From: Myxococcota bacterium
GTDB lineage: Bacteria; Myxococcota_A; UBA796; CAJQPC01
Length of the DNA: 64,000 bases
Assembly (NCBI GenBank): GCA_036229005.1
Contig: JAZAMN010000052.1
Coordinates: 96,001 to 160,000, forward strand
Direction: 5' to 3'
Numbering within the stretch: the first letter of the stretch is position 1; the number at the start of each line of letters is the position of its first letter. Made by a program: the position numbers and the translations under genes. This document shows, one piece after another, positions 57,129-64,000 of the stretch. The notes below the pieces were generated by a model. The model ran no database searches. It was not told the origin of the DNA and was given only the letters and a program-made list of their open reading frames with translations.

Positions 57129-57841
57129 GAGAGCCTCCGCTGCTCGAGGGCGAAGGTCGCCACGTGCAGGAACAGGGCCACCACCGAGCCGTAGAACACC
57201 AGGTTGCGCGTGTCGATCACGCCGCGGGAGAGCCCGCCAAAGTGGTAGTCAAAGCTCAGGTATTGCACCAAGGGGAGGATGGAGGCCGGGATGCTGCTCA
57301 GGAAGAAGCCCACCACGTAGGGCACAAGGCACAGCAGCATCGCCACCAGAAAGGCCACGATCTGGTTCGAGGTCAGCGAGCTGGCCGCCGTCCCGATCGC
57401 CGTGTAGGCCGCCGCCATCAGCGAGAGCCCCAGGTAGCCGCCCAGCACCGGCCCCCAGTCCAGCTCCCCCAGGGTCGCCAGGGTCAGCGGGTAGGAGAAG
57501 GTCAGCGCGACCGCCACCAGGATCAGCGTCAGCGCCGCCAGGTACTTGCCCAGCACGAGCTGCCCTTCGTTCACCGGCAGGGTCACCAGCAGCTCCAGGG
57601 AGCCCGTGCGCTTCTCTTCGGCGAACAGGCGCATCGTGACCGCCGGGATCAGCAGCAGGAAGAACATCGCCGACCAGAAGAACACGGTCCGCAGCGTCGC
57701 CAGCCCCGTCACGAACAGGTCGTTGAAGTACAGCGAGAACAGCCCCACCAGCAGCAGGAAGATGGGCACGATGATGTAGGCCAGCGCGGAGTTGAAGTAG
57801 CTGGACAGCTCGCGGCGGTAGATGGCCAGGACCGTTGTCAT
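57125..57841 (-). CDS. GldF-like ABC-2 transporter permease
   Basis: RELSSYFNS.LAY, TMRLFAEEKRTGSLELLVTLP, GKYLA, SSLTSNQIVAF, RGVID. Confidence 0.9.
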   Translation of the reverse strand: MTTVLAIYRRELSSYFNSALAYIIVPIFLLLVGLFSLYFNDLFVTGLATLRTVFFWSAMFFLLLIPAVTMRLFAEEKRTGSLELLVTLPVNEGQLVLGKYLAALTLILVAVALTFSYPLTLATLGELDWGPVLGGYLGLSLMAAAYTAIGTAASSLTSNQIVAFLVAMLLCLVPYVVGFFLSSIPASILPLVQYLSFDYHFGGLSRGVIDTRNLVFYGSVVALFLHVATFALEQRRLS

Positions 57842-57940
57842 CGCGCTCCCATGTGCTCGGACCGAGGGAGCCTAACTTGGCGTGGCCTCGCCTGCGCCCA
57901 CCAGCCCCCCACCCTGCGCGGGCGGGGTTATCTCCGGGCG

Positions 57941-58813
57941 GTGCGCACCTTCTTCCTGGCCATGTTCGCGACCTGCTCCATGGCCCTGCTCTACTACCTG
58001 GTCCGGCTCTTCCAGCACCGGAAGACCCACGCCCCGGACAGCGCGACGCACCAGGCCTTCCTGGACGAGATGGAGCGCTCCGTCTGGCGCAAGCTCGCCA
58101 AGCAGCACGGGTTCGGGGTCGAGGTGCGGGAGCCTGAAGTCCTGCTCTGTCAGCACACCCTCCGGGGACCTTGGCGCGAGCGGGATCTGCGAATCCAGGT
58201 GTTCGACCGAGGTCACGCTGGGCGCAACGGACAGCCCTCCGCCCTGCGCATCGCGGCGCGCCAGAAGGCCCCGGAGCTGGGCCTGGAGCTGAGCGAGGGC
58301 CTGGGCACCGCGGTGGTCCACGGGGCCCACTGCGTGACCTACACCGGCGACCGCCTGCTGGGGATGGGCCCCTGGCTGGGCGAGAAGGCCGTGCGCCTGC
58401 GCCACGAGGACGACTGGCTGGAGATCGAGGCCCGGGCCACCCCCGAGCAGCTCCCCGAGCGCCTGGACCAGGTGCTGGCGCTGTTCTCCGAGCTGGAGCG
58501 CGCGAGCCACCCCCAGTGGGTGGAGGCTGCGAAGGATCACGGGCTGGAGCTGGCCTGGGAGGGGCTCCGGCGACACCCGCGGCTGATCGGTGTCCTCGCT
58601 GGCGGGGGGATCCGGGTCTCCGTGCTGGAAGGCCAGGGGGTCCAGGTGGTGTGGGTCGGTGAGGCTGAGCTGGATCGCGCTCTGGCCACTCTCCCCGACG
58701 CTGAGCTCAAGGGAGACACCCTGCGGTGGCTGCTCCCCCAGGCCTCCCCCGTGCCCCTGAGCCAGGCGCTGGGTGCGCTGGAATCCGCCGTAATGCCAGC
58801 ACAGAGGCCCTAA
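57941..58813 (+). CDS. Hypothetical membrane-anchored protein
   Basis: GTG start, N-terminal TM helix, twice-occurring W..(A)AK.HG motif. Confidence 0.55.
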   Translation: MRTFFLAMFATCSMALLYYLVRLFQHRKTHAPDSATHQAFLDEMERSVWRKLAKQHGFGVEVREPEVLLCQHTLRGPWRERDLRIQVFDRGHAGRNGQPSALRIAARQKAPELGLELSEGLGTAVVHGAHCVTYTGDRLLGMGPWLGEKAVRLRHEDDWLEIEARATPEQLPERLDQVLALFSELERASHPQWVEAAKDHGLELAWEGLRRHPRLIGVLAGGGIRVSVLEGQGVQVVWVGEAELDRALATLPDAELKGDTLRWLLPQASPVPLSQALGALESAVMPAQRP

Positions 58814-58872
58814 AGCCGTCGGCCGGGGTTCCGTTCGGAGGGTGGTCCCTTCATCCGAACCCGGAGTCCCCC

Positions 58873-59991
58873 ATGCAGACCTTCCAGGGCCGCTCGGCCC
58901 AGACGGACGCGCGCGCTGCCGTCCAGGAGGCCGCGGCCGAGTTGCCCGCCGACCTGGACCTGATCTTCGTCTTTTCGTCCACCGAACAGGACCCCGAGCA
59001 GGTCGCCCAGGCGCTGACCGAGCGCTTCCCCGGCGTCCCCCTGGCAGGCTGCACCACCTCGGGCGAGCACCTGAGCGACGGACACAGCCGCGGCAACCTG
59101 GTGGTCACCGGCATCCAGGCCCCCGAGTACCGCTGGACCACCGCCTCCGTCGACCTGGAGGGCTTCGACAAGGGCAAGGCCGAGGCAGCCGCCAAGGAGC
59201 TCTTCGAGGCGGTCGGCGTGGACCCCGAGGAGATGGACCCCGAGAAGCTGGTCAGCCTGCTGTTCATCGACGGCTTGAGCGGCGTCGAGGAGGACTTCAC
59301 CGCGACCCTGGCCGACGCACTCCAGGGCGTCCCCTTGGCGGGCGGCAGCGCCGGTGACGACCTCAAGTTCGAGAAGACCTGGGTCTACGGCCCCCACGGA
59401 GCCCGCAGCGGCGCCGCCACCCTGGTGATGGCCTACAGCCCCGACGGCGCCCCCATCCAGATCGTCAAGCACCAGCACTTCACCACCACCCCCCGCAGCG
59501 TGGTGGTCACCCGGGTCGAGGGCCGCCGCGTCTACGAGTTCGACGGCTACCCCGCCCTGGAGGGCTACGCCCGCGCCCTGGGCATGGAGCCCGAGCAGGT
59601 CAGCGGCGACGTCACCTTCCTCAACCCCGTGACCTTCGCCTGCAACGGCGAGCTCTACGTGCGCAGCATCCAGGCCATCCACGACGACGGCTCCATCAGC
59701 TTCTACTGCGCCGTCGAGGAGGGCATGGTCCTGGACATCAGCGACCACCACGAGATGAGCGCGTCCCTGGAGCAGGGCCTGCAGTTCACCCGGCCCCCCG
59801 AGTTCGTCGTGGGCTTCAACTGCATCCTGCGCGCCCTGGAGGCCACCGGCTCCGAGCTGCACGCCGAGCAGTCCGAGATCCTCCAGAAGGCCTGCAACAC
59901 GCTGATCGGCTTCGACACCTACGGCGAGCAGCTCAACGGCCTGCACATCAACCAGACCCTGGTCGCGGTCGGCTTCGGCCACGCCGCCTGA
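58873..59991 (+). CDS. FIST domain (NosP-like) sensory protein
   Basis: GCTTSGE, IDGLS..EE, GGSAGDDLKF, YEFDGYPA, FYCAVEEG, FNCILR, GFDTYGEQ..HINQT. Confidence 0.92.
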   Translation: MQTFQGRSAQTDARAAVQEAAAELPADLDLIFVFSSTEQDPEQVAQALTERFPGVPLAGCTTSGEHLSDGHSRGNLVVTGIQAPEYRWTTASVDLEGFDKGKAEAAAKELFEAVGVDPEEMDPEKLVSLLFIDGLSGVEEDFTATLADALQGVPLAGGSAGDDLKFEKTWVYGPHGARSGAATLVMAYSPDGAPIQIVKHQHFTTTPRSVVVTRVEGRRVYEFDGYPALEGYARALGMEPEQVSGDVTFLNPVTFACNGELYVRSIQAIHDDGSISFYCAVEEGMVLDISDHHEMSASLEQGLQFTRPPEFVVGFNCILRALEATGSELHAEQSEILQKACNTLIGFDTYGEQLNGLHINQTLVAVGFGHAA

Positions 59992-60003
59992 GGAGACAGA
60001 CAC

Positions 60004-61593
60004 ATGGACAGCAAAATTCCTTGGGAGCGCCGCGCCGTCGCCGCGGAGAAGACCGTCGACGTCCTCAAGCAGCGGGTGCGCTCGCTCTACAACGAGGGCG
60101 CCCAGACCGCCATCCACCAGCAGCTCGACCGCGCCCGCAAGCGCCAGGAGGAGGCCACCCGCCGCCGCGCCCTGGCCGAGGCCCGCAACCAGGCCCTGCA
60201 GAAGCACTCCGAGATGCTGGAGAGCCAGGTCCAGGAGCGCACCCGCCACATCCGCACCATCCTGGACAACGTGCTCTTTGGCTTCGCCATGGTCGACCAG
60301 GAGGGGCAGATCCTGGAGTGCACCCGCTCCTGCGCCGAGCTCACCGGGCGCGAGGTGACCGTAGGCGACAACCTGCTCGATGTGCTGGGCGTGGCCAATG
60401 ACAGCCGCGGCGTGGAGCTCATCCTGGGCCTGGACCAGGTCTTCGAGGACTTCATGCCCGAGGAGCTCACCCTGGGCCAGATCCCCCAGCGCTTCGAGCT
60501 GGCCGGCAGCACCCTCAAGGTCGAGGGCCGCGTGATCCGGGACCCCGAAGGCGCCGTGCAGTCCGTGCTGTTCACCATGTCCGACATCAGCGATCTGGAG
60601 GCCGCCCGAAAGGAGGCCCACACCAACGCCGTGCTGGTCGGCATCCTGCGCCAGAAGGCCGCGTTCGCCAGCTTCGTGGACGACGCCCGGGGCCGCATCC
60701 AGGCCGCCCGGGAGGCCCTCTCCGACGCCACCTTCGTGCGCCGCGCCGTGCACACGGTCAAGGGCAATGCCGCCTCCTACGGCTTGGAGCAGGTGGCCAA
60801 GACGGCGCATGAGGTGGAGGCCAAAGAGGGGATCACCGCCCAGGACCTCGACCGCGTCCGCGCATCCCTGGAGGACTTCCTGAGCGCAAACGAGGCCATC
60901 CTGCAGCTCTCCGGCGGCGGCACCGTCGAGGTCCCCGTCTCCGTGATGGAGAACCTGCGCGCCCTGCTCAACCCCCTCAACGCCCAGGGCCTGGCCCAGT
61001 GGGGCGCCGAGATCGTGCAGCGGCCCGTCCGCGACATCGTCGGCCCCCTGGAGGTGTTCGTCGATAGGTTGGCCGAGCGCCTGGGCCGGAGGGTAGACTT
61101 CACCCTGGAGGGCGCAGACGTGCTGGTGGATCCCCAGGCCACATCCGAGGTGCTCAACAACCTCTCCCACCTGATCCGCAACGCCGTCGATCACGGCCTG
61201 GAGCCGCCCGACCAGCGCGGTGACAAGCCCGAGGTCGGCAGACTGAGCCTGCGCGTGGTCCGCTCCACCCAGAGCTGGGTGATCCAGGTCGAAGACGACG
61301 GCCGCGGCGTGGACGTCGACACCATGGTCAGCAAGGCCATCGCCAAGGGCACCATCACCGCCCAGGAGGTCGCCGCCATGGACCACGAAGCCAAGCTCGA
61401 GCTGATCTTCATCGACGGCCTGTCCTCCCGCGAGGAGGCCTCCGAGATCTCCGGGCGCGGCGTCGGCATGTCGGCGGTCCGCGAGGCGGTCACCCGCAGC
61501 GGCGGCCACATGGACATCTGGACCAAGGCCGGCCACGGCACCCGCTTCACCCTGCACATCCCCGTCCCCGAAGCTGGAGCCATGGCCGCCTGA
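60004..61593 (+). CDS. CheA-like histidine kinase (coiled coil-PAS-Hpt-HATPase, no CheW domain)
   Basis: VHTVKGNA (Hpt His), HLIRNAVDHGLE, EDDGRGVD, SGRGVGM, GTRFTL; ends right after the HATPase domain. Confidence 0.88.
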   Translation: MDSKIPWERRAVAAEKTVDVLKQRVRSLYNEGAQTAIHQQLDRARKRQEEATRRRALAEARNQALQKHSEMLESQVQERTRHIRTILDNVLFGFAMVDQEGQILECTRSCAELTGREVTVGDNLLDVLGVANDSRGVELILGLDQVFEDFMPEELTLGQIPQRFELAGSTLKVEGRVIRDPEGAVQSVLFTMSDISDLEAARKEAHTNAVLVGILRQKAAFASFVDDARGRIQAAREALSDATFVRRAVHTVKGNAASYGLEQVAKTAHEVEAKEGITAQDLDRVRASLEDFLSANEAILQLSGGGTVEVPVSVMENLRALLNPLNAQGLAQWGAEIVQRPVRDIVGPLEVFVDRLAERLGRRVDFTLEGADVLVDPQATSEVLNNLSHLIRNAVDHGLEPPDQRGDKPEVGRLSLRVVRSTQSWVIQVEDDGRGVDVDTMVSKAIAKGTITAQEVAAMDHEAKLELIFIDGLSSREEASEISGRGVGMSAVREAVTRSGGHMDIWTKAGHGTRFTLHIPVPEAGAMAA

Positions 61594-61603
61594 GGCCGCC
61601 CCC

Positions 61604-63277
<1,674 letters not shown>

Positions 63278-63311
63278 GCCCCCCCAAACTCAGAGAGTCA
63301 CAGAGTCGGGG

Positions 63312-63998
63312 TCAGGGGGTCAGCGTCAGGGTGCTGTCCGCGGCGCGCTCCACGTCCTCGTCGTGGAAGTACAGGGGCAGGGTGCCGCCGGTCTTCCAGG
63401 AGTGGAGCTGGTCCTGGTAGTGGCGCGAGGCCGGGTGCCCCGACTGCCCCGGGGGCAACACCACCACCGCCTGACCCACGTCATTGAGCGGGGTGACCAC
63501 GCGCAGGCTCGCGATCCACTTGGTCTCGTAGCCCTGCGCCCAGTTGAACGACGACACGTTCACCGTGTTGGAGGAGCCGCCGTACTCGGTGCTGCCGGCG
63601 TTGAGCACCTTGACCCCGAAGGGGTGCGCGAAGGTCACGGCGTGGGCATCGCCCCAGGACCAGGCGCTGGTGTCCTCGCCATACTGGGCGACCAGGGCGT
63701 CGTAGGCGCGGAGCATCGCGGCGCGGGTGGACTTGTCGGCGTCGGCGAAGAAGTGGTCCATGCCGGTGTCGGTGTCCAGCAGGCTGCGGCCGGGGGAGCT
63801 CGTGCGCAGGACCAGGTCGATCTCATGGCCGGACAGGCCCTTCTCCTCCAGCGCCATGAGCACCATCTGCTTCTGCAGCTCGGCCCACACCAGGGACTCC
63901 ACGCTGCGCGGGTCGGTGCTGTAGTCCCAGCCGGCCAGCACATCGCGCACCCACTGGCCGCCCTCGGACTGGGGCTCCAGGTGCACCACCCACTCGGG
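63312..63998 (-). CDS. Penicillin acylase family (Ntn hydrolase) protein, C-terminal part, truncated by window edge
   Basis: LAGWD, WSWGDAH..F.HP, SLRVV, PPGQSGHPASRHY.DQ...W. Confidence 0.88.
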   Translation of the reverse strand, partial: PEWVVHLEPQSEGGQWVRDVLAGWDYSTDPRSVESLVWAELQKQMVLMALEEKGLSGHEIDLVLRTSSPGRSLLDTDTGMDHFFADADKSTRAAMLRAYDALVAQYGEDTSAWSWGDAHAVTFAHPFGVKVLNAGSTEYGGSSNTVNVSSFNWAQGYETKWIASLRVVTPLNDVGQAVVVLPPGQSGHPASRHYQDQLHSWKTGGTLPLYFHDEDVERAADSTLTLTP

Positions 63999-64000
63999 CA

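Noticed and set aside
58823..58866. Hairpin (GTTCGGA...TCCGAAC) next to the SD of the FIST gene as a riboregulator
   Set aside because: No match to a riboswitch I recognise; short GC-rich stems are common by chance here

Overview
Very GC-rich, densely coding bacterial chromosome segment, most likely from a myxobacterium-like (Myxococcota) organism. This inference rests on a CglF/GltF-like gliding protein, an AgmX-C-like protein, a Ser/Thr kinase-AAA-histidine kinase hybrid, many lipoproteins and sigma54-type motifs. It holds about 50 CDS, one tRNA-Leu(CAG) and a TPP riboswitch ahead of thiC. Recognisable content: KirBac K+ channel, CzcCBA-type efflux operon, acyl-CoA synthetase, thiC, NUDIX hydrolase, GldF/GldG/DUF4340 operon, FIST-CheA-like-hybrid kinase cluster and a penicillin acylase. 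No integrase, transposase, CRISPR array or rRNA was seen. The most notable observations are: (1) an apparent operon joining a STAND-type kinase receptor, a compact Hsp90/HtpG-like ATPase and a 1762-aa protein made of a dead GHKL domain plus seven tandem ~210-aa Hsp90-middle-domain-like repeats; (2) an orphan DUF4157 (eCIS-associated) protein whose C-terminus carries the ordered motifs of the actin cross-linking domain; (3) three beta-propeller lipoproteins plus a beta-barrel, with different promoter motifs on the duplicated copies; (4) hairpin repeats ahead of a four-helix-bundle gene. All family assignments come from motif recognition by eye and recalled family consensus, not from database searches.
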